From: Candidatus Bathyarchaeia archaeon
Lineage (GTDB): Archaea; Thermoproteota; Bathyarchaeia; Bathyarchaeales; Bathycorpusculaceae
Reading direction: 5' to 3'
NCBI GenBank assembly: GCA_050010755.1
Contig: JBEKKK010000001.1
Location: forward strand, 384,001 to 448,000
DNA: 64,000 nt
The notes under the pieces were generated by a model that had not been told where the DNA came from, ran no database searches, and saw only the letters and a program-made list of their open reading frames with translations. A program made the position numbers and the translations under genes. The stretch's first letter is position 1, and each line of letters begins with the position of its first letter. Below are positions 48,208 to 57,815 of this stretch, piece after piece.

Positions 48208-48507
48208 TTGAAGAAGACTCTGCTTTACCTTCTTGCCGCGGCCATCCTAGGCGTACTCATCACCGTCGTCCCATTAATCGCCGTTGCCGCGACAAGAATC
48301 GGAAGCAGCCCACAGCACGCATTTGCCCCGTCGCTAGGCCAAGGTCTCAAGCAGCTCGACGGAGGTGGCTCGAGCACTTCACAGGCTAACAGATCAGACT
48401 TGACAGTTCTCGGAATCAGCCTCTTCATCGCACTCTTGGCTTACACTCTCATCGGACGCAGAGCACCACGCAGGTACGACCTCTACATGAGGCTTCCTTC
48501 CCACTAA
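48208..48507 (+). CDS. Small 2-TM membrane protein
   Basis: Hydrophobic N- and C-terminal helices joined by a Ser/Gly-rich linker. Confidence 0.6.
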   Translation: MKKTLLYLLAAAILGVLITVVPLIAVAATRIGSSPQHAFAPSLGQGLKQLDGGGSSTSQANRSDLTVLGISLFIALLAYTLIGRRAPRRYDLYMRLPSH

Positions 48508-48636
48508 AACCTGCTTGTTTAGATCCTGAACATAACTTGAACAGCGAAACATCAGATGACCCCCGTGTTCTGCGAAGGCCCCATTTGACTGTCATAAATG
48601 ACGGTCTTATATTTCTCTCAACAATTGGGTATAGGC

Positions 48637-49308
48637 ATGTTGAAAGTGGGACACAGAGGGGCGCGGGCCTACGAGCCTGAAAACACGTTACGCAGTTTCA
48701 AGAAGGCCCTAGAATTGGGCGTGAACGCCGTGGAACTTGATGTCCGCGTGACAAAAGACGGCGAAGTCGTGGTGATCCACGATGCGGAAGTTGAGAGAAC
48801 AACAAACGGAAAAGGCCTAGTCAATGAGCTAACGCTGAAAGAGATAAAACAGCTCAACACGGAAAAGGATGAGAAGATTCCGACGCTTGAGGAAGCCCTC
48901 GATTTCCTAGACAAAAAGCTGAAAGTGCTGATAGAACTGAAGGAAACAGGCTTAGAAGCGAAAGTCTTGAACACCGTTCAGAAGAAGGGACTAGAAAAGA
49001 ACGTGATAATCGTCTCCTTCCTCGAAGAAACTCTCAGAAAAGTCAGAGAACTCAACGAAAAAGTGGAAACAGGCTTGATAAACGTGAAAAACAAGAACCA
49101 AGTGAAATCAGCAACTGAACTGAAAGCAAACTATCTGCTTCCGTTCTACAGGTTCACGCACACCGCAGACGTTCAGAAAGCTCATCAAAACGGCTTAAAA
49201 GTGATAGTATGGACGATAAACAAACCCGAAGAGGTAGCCGATTACACCAAAAAAGGCGTTGACGGCATAACGAGCGACACGCCGGACATTCTCTCAAGAG
49301 CTGACTAG
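48637..49308 (+). CDS. Glycerophosphodiester phosphodiesterase
   Basis: GHRGA...PENT, VELDV..TKDG..VV.HD, IPTLEE, WTIN, GVDGI.SD. Confidence 0.93.
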   Translation: MLKVGHRGARAYEPENTLRSFKKALELGVNAVELDVRVTKDGEVVVIHDAEVERTTNGKGLVNELTLKEIKQLNTEKDEKIPTLEEALDFLDKKLKVLIELKETGLEAKVLNTVQKKGLEKNVIIVSFLEETLRKVRELNEKVETGLINVKNKNQVKSATELKANYLLPFYRFTHTADVQKAHQNGLKVIVWTINKPEEVADYTKKGVDGITSDTPDILSRAD

Positions 49309-49317
49309 AACAAGAAG

Positions 49318-50010
49318 TTAGGCCTTCAGGTACCTGTTGTAAAAGTCTAACGTTCTCTTCCACGCGTCCTCCGCAGCTTCCGGTCTGTAGCTCTCTCGTG
49401 TGTCGTTGAAGAATGCGTGAGGCGCACCAGGGTAGATCTTAATGTCATAGACTTTCCCGTACTTGGTCAGGGCCTCTTTCAACAGGCTTATGTCAGCTTC
49501 TTTGATTGCCATATCGGCTCCAGCGTAATTGCCGAGTACTGGGCATTGAACATTCTTGACCAAGTCTATGGGCGTCGGGTTTCTGCCATAGAACACGACT
49601 GCAGCCGCAAGTTCTTTGTTACGGCAAGCCAGGAGAAGAGAAAGCCCCCCTCCCATGCAGAAGCCGATGCTTCCGATGCGCCTTGGCTGCACGTATTCCA
49701 ATGACTGGAGATATTTGAACGCGCCATTCAGGTCTCCCATTATTCGGTCCTCAGACAACTCTTCCCGTAGCTTGCGGGCCTCTTCTAGGCTTGAAACGGA
49801 CCGTCCGAACAAGTCGACCGCCAGAGCCACGTAACCCTCGTCTGCAAGTCTCTTGCTCACATCCTTAATGTGATCTACGACTCCCCATATTTCATGGATG
49901 ACTATAACTGCAGGATGTTTTCCCACATCCTTCGGCCTTGCCAAAAACCCGGCAGTCTTCTTCGCCTCGCCTCCACCTTGAAATTCAACCATAGAAGCTT
50001 CCATGCGCAA
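49318..50010 (-). CDS. Dienelactone hydrolase family protein
   Basis: HEIWG, GFCMGG, FYG, YPGAPHAFFN. Confidence 0.92.
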   Translation of the reverse strand: MRMEASMVEFQGGGEAKKTAGFLARPKDVGKHPAVIVIHEIWGVVDHIKDVSKRLADEGYVALAVDLFGRSVSSLEEARKLREELSEDRIMGDLNGAFKYLQSLEYVQPRRIGSIGFCMGGGLSLLLACRNKELAAAVVFYGRNPTPIDLVKNVQCPVLGNYAGADMAIKEADISLLKEALTKYGKVYDIKIYPGAPHAFFNDTRESYRPEAAEDAWKRTLDFYNRYLKA

Positions 50011-50110
50011 CCATCCTCTGCACGTACTTCTTTCAGTCTAGAACGTTAATATGGCTAAATAGTTTTTCTTTCTCAGCACCGAAAGAATTAGTTGTCCCAC
50101 CACAAGTAAC

Positions 50111-50527
50111 TTGCTCGACAGGAGTGCGACTATCTTGACAGAAACTGATGAACTCTGTGTTCGTATTGAAATTGCCACGAGAAACATTAAAGAAGACTAT
50201 GAGAAAGCTCTTGGGACCGTTGGAATGCTCAAAGAGAAAATGAATTATCTGGAGCAAAAAATAGGAAAGGAGAAGCCTGAGGAAGCGACAGAAGATGCGG
50301 CCTCTCTAAAATCTGCAATAGACAATCTTGAACGATTTACAGACTCTGAAATCTTGAAGAGCAAAGAAGCGTGGAAGAAATACGAAGAATTGAAGCGCGA
50401 ATGCGAAAACCATGCATTGACGCCCCATCAGCTGATTGAACTGCGAAGCATTTGCAAGAGAACAGAACAACTGGCTGCAGACTTGCTTTGTTATTCACTC
50501 GGGCTCATAAAACAGAGAAGCACTTAG
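50111..50527 (+). CDS. Helical hypothetical protein
   Basis: E/K-rich helical ORF filling the gap; start uncertain. Confidence 0.5.
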   Translation: MLDRSATILTETDELCVRIEIATRNIKEDYEKALGTVGMLKEKMNYLEQKIGKEKPEEATEDAASLKSAIDNLERFTDSEILKSKEAWKKYEELKRECENHALTPHQLIELRSICKRTEQLAADLLCYSLGLIKQRST

Positions 50528-50638
50528 AAAAGCTGAATAAAACAGGCGAACCGCTTCGTTGTCAAGGCGCCGAGACGGCGAAATTGCTAAACCGCAGAGA
50601 ATAGTGCCAGCAGGGGCTTCACAGCGCTGCGAGAGGGA

Positions 50639-51133
50639 TTATCTTTGAAGGTAGGCGATCCAGCCCATGTGGGGCGGTTCCACGTCGATTTGCCACAGGA
50701 GTGCAATCAGTTCGCCGAAGTGGTGAACGTTCTCAAGGGCCACGTGAATCAGAATGTCTTCCACTCGCACCTGCACAGGCGGCACTCCCATCCTTGATAC
50801 TTCCACCTTTCTTTCGAGATCGGCCGGAGACATCTTCCCAACGAAATTTTTGGTTCTTGATTCGACATCTTTTGCACGTTTCTTTATAGAATCTATGTCC
50901 TTAAACTCGTCGTGGCTCCGTGAAACCCAAGCTTTCAAACGTCCCGAGATGACGTAGTTAATCATCCTATCCTCGGCGTCTAGCGTGTGCAAGAAAATGT
51001 TCCTCATGGAATCAAAACTTCCCCCGCGACTCTTCACAACCTCCTCCCAAGGAAGCGTTGAAAGTATATCCAAGTATCTGTTCCTTACTGTCTGGCTGTA
51101 TTCCAAGAGACTCTTTGAATCCACAGACATCAC
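50639..51133 (-). CDS. DinB/YfiT-like metal-binding protein
   Basis: S.R.IFLH...AE, ILIHV...VHHFGEL...L.Q. Confidence 0.85.
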   Translation of the reverse strand: MMSVDSKSLLEYSQTVRNRYLDILSTLPWEEVVKSRGGSFDSMRNIFLHTLDAEDRMINYVISGRLKAWVSRSHDEFKDIDSIKKRAKDVESRTKNFVGKMSPADLERKVEVSRMGVPPVQVRVEDILIHVALENVHHFGELIALLWQIDVEPPHMGWIAYLQR

Positions 51134-51247
51134 CTAGTAAAGTAGTATTTGCTGAAAGAGTAAATAACATTTGAGGCCGATGTACACATTCATAGTCTCC
51201 AGCGTTCAGGCGAATACAGTTGGACGTTGGAACAGTTGACGCGCGCG

Positions 51248-51997
51248 TTAAAGACCGCTGGGCGCCGTTTGTTGATGCAGCGTTATCTTTCCGTCCGCGT
51301 ACATTGGAACTGTTCGAAACACGTTCAGATTGCAGGAAAAATCTACGTCCCCTTTGAACCCCAGCTGCACCAGATGCTCAGCGTGTTTTGCTTTCATCAC
51401 GCTTCCGGTCAAATCATGCTCTGCCTGTTTGAACGCCAGCAGCGCCGCCTGGACCTTATCCGAAAAGTGAAACTTGCCCGTAGCGAAACCGTTTGCAATC
51501 GCTCCTGCACACAGGAAGTCTTCCAGCGAGAACTTGCCTTTCTCTCCAGACAAGACAAACGACACTCCGATCGTTTCCCTCGCAGCAATTTCCTCGGCCT
51601 TTCGCGCCGTTGTGAGGGCATTCAGGAAACCTCCCACCAAAATCCACTTCGCCGCCTTAGACTTAACCAAAGCCGCCGTCCCGCTCGTGGTCGTTATAAT
51701 CAAGGTTTTTCCTCCGACTCTCTCACGCGTGAATTCCAGAGGAGAATTTCCCAGGTCGAAACCCACGGGCTTGTGTCCACCTCTTTCGCCGGCGAGCAGG
51801 TACTCCGGATGCTTACCATGGAGTTTGTAGGCTTCCTCCAGAGTCATCACGGGAACTGCAGCTTGGGCACCATTAGTCAGAGCGTTCAGAATGCTGGTCC
51901 CAGACCTCAGAACGTCGATGACAATGATCAAGTCTCCGCGGCCTACAGCGTTCCTTGAGTCTCGCGCCCGAAATTCGAGATCAACCTGTATTATCAC
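51248..51997 (-). CDS. comB: 2-phosphosulfolactate phosphatase-like
   Basis: VIDVLR, LAGERGG, GFDLGNSP, TTTSGT, FSLED..CAG. Confidence 0.88.
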   Translation of the reverse strand: MIIQVDLEFRARDSRNAVGRGDLIIVIDVLRSGTSILNALTNGAQAAVPVMTLEEAYKLHGKHPEYLLAGERGGHKPVGFDLGNSPLEFTRERVGGKTLIITTTSGTAALVKSKAAKWILVGGFLNALTTARKAEEIAARETIGVSFVLSGEKGKFSLEDFLCAGAIANGFATGKFHFSDKVQAALLAFKQAEHDLTGSVMKAKHAEHLVQLGFKGDVDFSCNLNVFRTVPMYADGKITLHQQTAPSGL

Positions 51998-52108
51998 ATG
52001 CCCACCCGCTTAGCTGCAGATTACGAACTGAAACTCATGGTTTGCGGAGTGTCTTCCCGTTTTCCTCTCAGTAGATTGCTAGTGTCGCCTCTATGAGGGC
52101 CTTGCGAT

Positions 52109-52417
52109 TCACATTAACGGTCTTGTCTTTCCGATGATACGTTCTAGTCTTCGCTTGTGAGCCTCGCGTGTCGTGAGCGGATAGATTTCTCTTTCGGTGT
52201 AGAAGAACAGGGGATCTTCGCCTATGATGCTCGCCAGCTCCTCGTCTGAACCTGCGTTGACAATCAAAGCATCGCCCTGATAACCTATAAGATGATATGA
52301 AATTTCAAGAGTTTTCGTCTTCTCCAGCTCATCCAGATACTTGAAATGGGCTGGAAGCAGCTTGGCCCACACGTCAACTGGGGTTTGTCTCACTTTCGTT
52401 ATTATCAAGAACTTCAT
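52109..52417 (-). CDS. Muconolactone isomerase/YCII-like dimeric alpha+beta barrel
   Basis: MKFLI...I.NA.SDEEL...I.EDPLF....EIYPL. Confidence 0.6.
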   Translation of the reverse strand: MKFLIITKVRQTPVDVWAKLLPAHFKYLDELEKTKTLEISYHLIGYQGDALIVNAGSDEELASIIGEDPLFFYTEREIYPLTTREAHKRRLERIIGKTRPLM

Positions 52418-52571
52418 TTCACATCGTTTTCCACTGTTGTGCCGATAATATAAATGACTTTTGGAAGACAGCGAATATGCAATGGAAGCTTGCAACGTAT
52501 GCTGCTAGGGCTCAACGCTAATGTTAAGACAGAGTTCAGCAGTATCTTTGAACAATGCGTTGGGATGAGTT

Positions 52572-53948
52572 TTGAAGAAAACTAAGATCGTCTGTACCAT
52601 TGGTCCAGCCAGTCTTTCCAAGGAGACGCTTCAGAAGATGCACCGCGCGGGAATGAACGGCGCGAGAATAAACACCGCCTACGGAACATTTGACCAGTAT
52701 GAACACGTGATTAGAACCATTCGCGAGGTCGCAGACATTCCGGTGATCATCGACATCAAAGGGCCTGAAATAAGGCTGAGAATGAAAGGCAGCAGGATTG
52801 TCAAGAGGGGAGACATTTTCGAGGCGGGATTCGAGAATGAGACGATAAGCTTCAGCAAGAACTTCTATGACAAAGTGAATGTGGCTGACAGCATCCTGGT
52901 TGACAATGGAAAGTTGAGATTGAAGGTCACAGAAAAAAGGAAAGATGCCTTGAAATTAGTCGCCCTAACCTCCGGCGAGCTGAAGGACGGAAAGGGGGTC
53001 AACATCCCGTACAAGAAGCTCACGGTGCCAACCCTGTCGAGCAGAGACCGCGAGATAGCGACTCTGGCAAAGGAAAAGGACGTTGAATTCATAGCTCTAT
53101 CTTTTACGAGAAATGCCAATGACGTGAAAAACCTCAGGAGAGAAACTCGAGGCTTCAAGGGCGCTGTCATGGCAAAGATAGAGAACTTTGAAGGCGTAAA
53201 CAATTTCGATGAAATCCTGGAAGCTGCGGACGGAATCATGGTGGCAAGAGGCGACTTAGGCGTCGAGATTGAACCCGAAAAAGTTCCGCTCGTACAGAAA
53301 TCGATAATCAAACAGTGCAACCAAAGAGGAAAAAACGTTGTAACCGCGACAGAAATGCTCGAATCAATGATGAACAGCCCGATACCGACCAGAGCCGAAG
53401 TCAGCGACGTTGCCAACGCGATTCTGGATGGAACGGAAGTCACTATGCTATCGGGAGAGACAGCGGTGGGACAGTACCCGGTTGAAGCCGTGATGATGAT
53501 GTCCAGAATCGCGGTTGAAGCTGAAAAGGCAATCGAAAACCACGTAGAGGACGAGGGATTTATCAACATCTCGGACACGATAAGCAGGGCGATTCAAAGA
53601 ATATGCCAGGAAATGCCCGTAAACAAAGTCGTCACTCTAACCAGATCGGGCTACACGGCAAGAATGATATCAAGATTCAAGATACCCCAACCAATAATAG
53701 CCGTGACACCTGGCCCGCGAGTCAAGAGACAACTTGAATTGGCGTTCGGCGTCTCGCCAGCATGCATAGATTACCTTGAGGAGAAAGACCGAATTCTGAC
53801 GGTCGCAAAACAGCTCCATACAGCAGGTCTGGTCAACGAAGAGGACATGATACTGTTCACCGCTGCTTTCAGAACCAGCCGAAAACACGCGAGCAACCTG
53901 ATTGAAATACACAGACTCGAAGAACTCACACAACCCCAAACCGAATGA
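52572..53948 (+). CDS. pyk: Pyruvate kinase
   Basis: TKIVCTIGP, D.KGPEIR, AKIE, GIMVARGDLGVE, ATEMLESM, PTRAEV.DV, MLSGETA.G.YP. Confidence 0.96.
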   Translation: MKKTKIVCTIGPASLSKETLQKMHRAGMNGARINTAYGTFDQYEHVIRTIREVADIPVIIDIKGPEIRLRMKGSRIVKRGDIFEAGFENETISFSKNFYDKVNVADSILVDNGKLRLKVTEKRKDALKLVALTSGELKDGKGVNIPYKKLTVPTLSSRDREIATLAKEKDVEFIALSFTRNANDVKNLRRETRGFKGAVMAKIENFEGVNNFDEILEAADGIMVARGDLGVEIEPEKVPLVQKSIIKQCNQRGKNVVTATEMLESMMNSPIPTRAEVSDVANAILDGTEVTMLSGETAVGQYPVEAVMMMSRIAVEAEKAIENHVEDEGFINISDTISRAIQRICQEMPVNKVVTLTRSGYTARMISRFKIPQPIIAVTPGPRVKRQLELAFGVSPACIDYLEEKDRILTVAKQLHTAGLVNEEDMILFTAAFRTSRKHASNLIEIHRLEELTQPQTE

Positions 53949-54068
53949 TCTCCAGCACAAACACGCCACAGAACGAAGCCCATTCCGTGCCAATCACAGC
54001 CTGCGTCCGCAAGTGCGCGACCCATGACATTCGAGTATCCGATTTCAAAGAATCAAGCAAAGCCGATG

Positions 54069-54896
54069 CTATGCTCTCTGAAAAGTCCGAGTGACGTTTT
54101 GCAGTTTTTCGCCCAGAATTTCTATATCGTCGATGTTGCCTAGGCCTTTCTCGTGGGCCCTGCGAATGTGACTTATTTCATGTGGGTCGAACCCCATGAT
54201 TCGGGATGCGGTTGCGTCCGTTGCGACGGGATCTTTCCCGGCTATTATCAAGTCCATCTTTACGGGTTTTCCATCTGTTGGGCCGCGTCCTTCCATGCCG
54301 ACGAAGCCGTCTATCACGGTCAATGATGATTTGAGCACGGTGTTAATGTCGACGATGACTTTGCTTATGCCTTGCACGTGATATTTTCCTTTGAACTTGT
54401 CCGGCAGAAGACCGAACATGTTTTTCATTCCCAATGTGACTTCTGTCGACATGTGGGTCTTGAGTTTCGGCGCGCTTATGATAGCGGATTCGGTGACGAT
54501 GCGAGGAACGGTCACGCTGCCCAGCGTTTCACAGTGGGGGATTTCTATCTTGACTCTGTCTTTGACGTGTCTCAGGTTGAGAAATTCAACGCCGTCCCGT
54601 TGGACCATTTCTCTCATGCCCGTCGCTTCATAGGCCTTGTCGGCGTTTGTCATTGTGGCATCTGATTCTACAACGTATATCTTGACGTTCAGATTCTTGA
54701 GTCTGTCTATGATGGCTTCAACCATCATCGGATCCGTAGTGGCGCCTGTGTCCCATGTTTTGACCGTTATGAAGTTGACTTTTATGAGAACGGTGCTCCG
54801 GCCGGACAGGGCCGCTTCATAGTCCACCAAGTCCAGCGCCTTGAAAACAGGCTCGTGCCCCCTTTCGCCTTTGACGATTGCAACTTTCGAAGTCAA
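54069..54896 (-). CDS. DUF362 domain protein
   Basis: VLIK.N, TTDP, PKLKTH, TLGMKNMFG, VIDG...MEG.GP..G, DPVA.D. Confidence 0.88.
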   Translation of the reverse strand: MTSKVAIVKGERGHEPVFKALDLVDYEAALSGRSTVLIKVNFITVKTWDTGATTDPMMVEAIIDRLKNLNVKIYVVESDATMTNADKAYEATGMREMVQRDGVEFLNLRHVKDRVKIEIPHCETLGSVTVPRIVTESAIISAPKLKTHMSTEVTLGMKNMFGLLPDKFKGKYHVQGISKVIVDINTVLKSSLTVIDGFVGMEGRGPTDGKPVKMDLIIAGKDPVATDATASRIMGFDPHEISHIRRAHEKGLGNIDDIEILGEKLQNVTRTFQRA

Positions 54897-54982
54897 TTTT
54901 TCCAGTTACCTGCTGCTTGCTTGTTGTGGTTAGAGGCAGAAGAAGTGCAGGTTGATAAAGGTTGAGAGGGAAAACTCGGATT

Positions 54983-56308
54983 TTATTTGGAGTGGGTCAT
55001 GTGCACGTTCTTGATGAGGATGTACGGGGCCAGTGAAGGTGGATCTGCTTCGCCCCACCAGTGTACGTGTTGTCTCTCCTTTGAAACGGCGGAGATGTTG
55101 CCGAGCATGGTTAGAACGTTGTCGCTCAGGCGCAGATCCTTCAATGATTGTCCGATTTCGCCTTTGTCAATCATGAAGATGCCGTCTCTGGGTATGGTTG
55201 AGAAGTCGCCCTTTGCAGAATTCTGGAACCGCGTGTACCAAGTGTTGGTCAGGTACAGTCCCTTCTTCACGTCTTCGAAAAGCTCGTCCTTGCTCGTTGG
55301 TCCTGCTTCCATTTCGATGTTCCACGGGGTCGGACTGATCAAGCCCGCGTTTCCAGTCGTCTTGGTTTTGAACATTTTTGCGGTGGAAGCGTTATGAAGG
55401 TACGTTTTGAGGACGCCGTGATCGATGAACGGGTTCATCTGCGTCGGAACACCCTCATCATCGAAGACCCTGTTAGACATAGAATAAGCAGCAGGATTGT
55501 CTTTCAGCGTGACCGATTCGGCCGCCACTCTCTTGCCGAGTTTGTCTACGAAAACAGACATTTGCACGAGCACGGAATAGGCTGAAACCATCCCGCCCCA
55601 CACTCCGAGCAACGAACCGTGAATCAGAGGGTCGAACACGACATCGTAGACGCCTTCGTCCCCAACTTTCGGACCTTTCGCCAATTTAGCTATCTCGCCG
55701 GCCTTTGCGCCCGCACGGGCGGGCTTGAAGTCTTTCAGGTTTGAGCAGCATTCTACTCCGTGGCCTGAGGCCTCTGTTTCTGTGAAAGCCCTGATTGAAA
55801 GCTCGATGGCTGATCTGCTGTCAACGCCGACGGGGCCTTCGGAAGAGGCTAGGTAAACGTCTTCGAATTTCGTGAAGAGTATGCCTCCGCTATCAACGTT
55901 TCCTCCGGCCTCCTTCTTAGCGGCTTCTACAGCTTCAAAGACGTATTCTGTCGGTTTTTCCAGGTCCTCAAGTTTTGCGTCTGCCTTACTCTTTGGGTAG
56001 TGGAAACTGCCCTGCGCGAAGCCTCCGAAAGTCGGGTTCTCCTGAGAAATCTTCGCAAGCTTTAGCAGCTGTTTGAGGCTGGCGTCAACGCCGATGAAAT
56101 TGTGTATCGTTGTAGCTACTACGCGTTTCTTCCAAGCCAGGGCCACGTCGGTTGAGTAGTCGTTCCAGGCGACGGTGATGTCGACCTGATTGTTGCTGAA
56201 ACGAACCTGCCGATACTTGCCAACAGTGGTCTTCGCGATGACCTGTTCAGCTCCGAGAGCTTTCGCTTTTTTCACGATGTCTTCAGTTTTGCTGAGCATG
56301 ACTGTCAT
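54983..56308 (-). CDS. TldE/PmbA family protein
   Basis: RFSNNQ, G.Y.VVFDP, FDDEGVP, GDFSTIPRD; no HExxH. Confidence 0.88.
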   Translation of the reverse strand: MTVMLSKTEDIVKKAKALGAEQVIAKTTVGKYRQVRFSNNQVDITVAWNDYSTDVALAWKKRVVATTIHNFIGVDASLKQLLKLAKISQENPTFGGFAQGSFHYPKSKADAKLEDLEKPTEYVFEAVEAAKKEAGGNVDSGGILFTKFEDVYLASSEGPVGVDSRSAIELSIRAFTETEASGHGVECCSNLKDFKPARAGAKAGEIAKLAKGPKVGDEGVYDVVFDPLIHGSLLGVWGGMVSAYSVLVQMSVFVDKLGKRVAAESVTLKDNPAAYSMSNRVFDDEGVPTQMNPFIDHGVLKTYLHNASTAKMFKTKTTGNAGLISPTPWNIEMEAGPTSKDELFEDVKKGLYLTNTWYTRFQNSAKGDFSTIPRDGIFMIDKGEIGQSLKDLRLSDNVLTMLGNISAVSKERQHVHWWGEADPPSLAPYILIKNVHMTHSK

Positions 56309-57729
56309 TTCACAAACACCCTCCTAAGTCGCAGGCACGGACCTCCAGTGTACACCGGAATCCCCTGGGAGGGATCTCCTTTTCCACAGGTAGCCGCGTC
56401 AAACTCGACTTTTTTCGAAACCGCGTCAACAGCAGTCCAAAACTTCAGGGTGGTCGTTTCAATCACGGGCCTGGCCACGGAATCCGTGAGTTCGCCGTTC
56501 TGTATCAGGTATGCTTCTCTGCCCACGTAGCGTTGGTTGAAACGCTTGTCATCGATGTTCCATTCTGTGAAGGATTTCATGTAGACGCCGTCTTTGACTT
56601 CTTCGATAAGCTCTTCCTCGGTCATTTCGCCTGGGAGAACGAACGTGTTCGCCATGCGAACTATCGCTTCTCGGTCGTAGTTGACGGATCTAGATGAGCC
56701 GTTGCTGTTGACGCTGAGCTTGGCTGCTGATTCCCTGTTCTGTAGAAACTCGTTTATGAGGCCTTCCTTGTACAGAAACCTGCGTCTGGCCTTTACGCCT
56801 TCGTCGTCGTACAGGTAATAGCCGTAGCTGTTCTTGACTGTGGGATCATCTACGACTGTTACGGCTTTGCTGCCGATCCTGGTGCCGAGCCAGTATGGTC
56901 CTCCCTTGTAGATGAAAGATCTGCCGGCCTGGCTCATTTCTCGTCCCAGGATTCTGTCGGCTTCCATCGGGTGGCCGCAGGATTCGTGTGCCGCTATCCC
57001 GGCGACTTCTGAGCCGCAGACCAGGTCCATGTTTCCGGGTTTGACGGTTTTCGCCTTTGTAATCACGTCTTTGAGAACTTTCGCGTCGTGGACCATTTTT
57101 TCGGGCATTTTCCATTTGCTGAAGGCTTCCCAGCCGCCGCTGTACCCGAACTGTTCGTATGCTTGTTCGGTTTTTCCCTGTTCGGCGACTGTTATGAAGA
57201 TGAAGGCTCCTATCTTGGGGACGTACGAGGAGATTTTTGAGCCTTCTGAATTGGCGAAGTATTTGGTTATCAGGTTTATCGAGCAGGATGCCATCGTCGC
57301 TGGAATCTTGACTTTTGAAGCTGCGAGGGCTTTGTCGGCTTCCATGAGTGTGGATATTCTCTCTTCGGGAGGAACGTTTTCAATCTTTTTTTTCTGTTCA
57401 ACGACCCATTTGGTCTTGACGCCCTTTTCCTCCTTGAAAACGAGTCTGTCCTTCCGTTTTGCGCTCTTGGCGTACTTGAATGCAACGTTCACAATCGTTC
57501 TGGCTTCTTCCTTCGTCCATTTATTCGTGGATGCAAAACCGATGCCGCCGTCGGCCATGATTCGAACGTTGAACCCGCTGTCAACGGCGGTGGCATAAGC
57601 CTCCACGACGCCGTTGCGCAGCATGAGCCCATCTTGAACCTGACTGTGCGCCCTAACTTCGGCGTACTCAACCTTCTTGCTCCGAGCATACTCGAGGGCA
57701 AAATCAGCGACTTCTTCGTCCATGCGCAT
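56305..57729 (-). CDS. tldD: TldD family metalloprotease
   Basis: HESCGHPMEADR, YDDEGV, RMANT, CGKG.P.Q. Confidence 0.92.
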   Translation of the reverse strand: MRMDEEVADFALEYARSKKVEYAEVRAHSQVQDGLMLRNGVVEAYATAVDSGFNVRIMADGGIGFASTNKWTKEEARTIVNVAFKYAKSAKRKDRLVFKEEKGVKTKWVVEQKKKIENVPPEERISTLMEADKALAASKVKIPATMASCSINLITKYFANSEGSKISSYVPKIGAFIFITVAEQGKTEQAYEQFGYSGGWEAFSKWKMPEKMVHDAKVLKDVITKAKTVKPGNMDLVCGSEVAGIAAHESCGHPMEADRILGREMSQAGRSFIYKGGPYWLGTRIGSKAVTVVDDPTVKNSYGYYLYDDEGVKARRRFLYKEGLINEFLQNRESAAKLSVNSNGSSRSVNYDREAIVRMANTFVLPGEMTEEELIEEVKDGVYMKSFTEWNIDDKRFNQRYVGREAYLIQNGELTDSVARPVIETTTLKFWTAVDAVSKKVEFDAATCGKGDPSQGIPVYTGGPCLRLRRVFVK

Positions 57730-57815
57730 TCAATCCTTGAGCGTTATGTGCTGGGGTAGCGCATAAAAACTTTTAGAGAACTGGAACAACGGCGGATTCT
57801 TTTCATATTCGCCAG

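Noticed and set aside
51248-51997. Coenzyme M biosynthesis/methanogenesis inferred from comB
   Set aside because: ComB-like phosphatases are widespread; no comA/C/D/E or mcr genes in the window.
54069-57729. RiPP cluster built on TldD/E, DUF362 and the radical SAM gene
   Set aside because: No precursor peptide or YcaO nearby; tldD/E are common housekeeping genes; the radical SAM gene is about 36 kb away.
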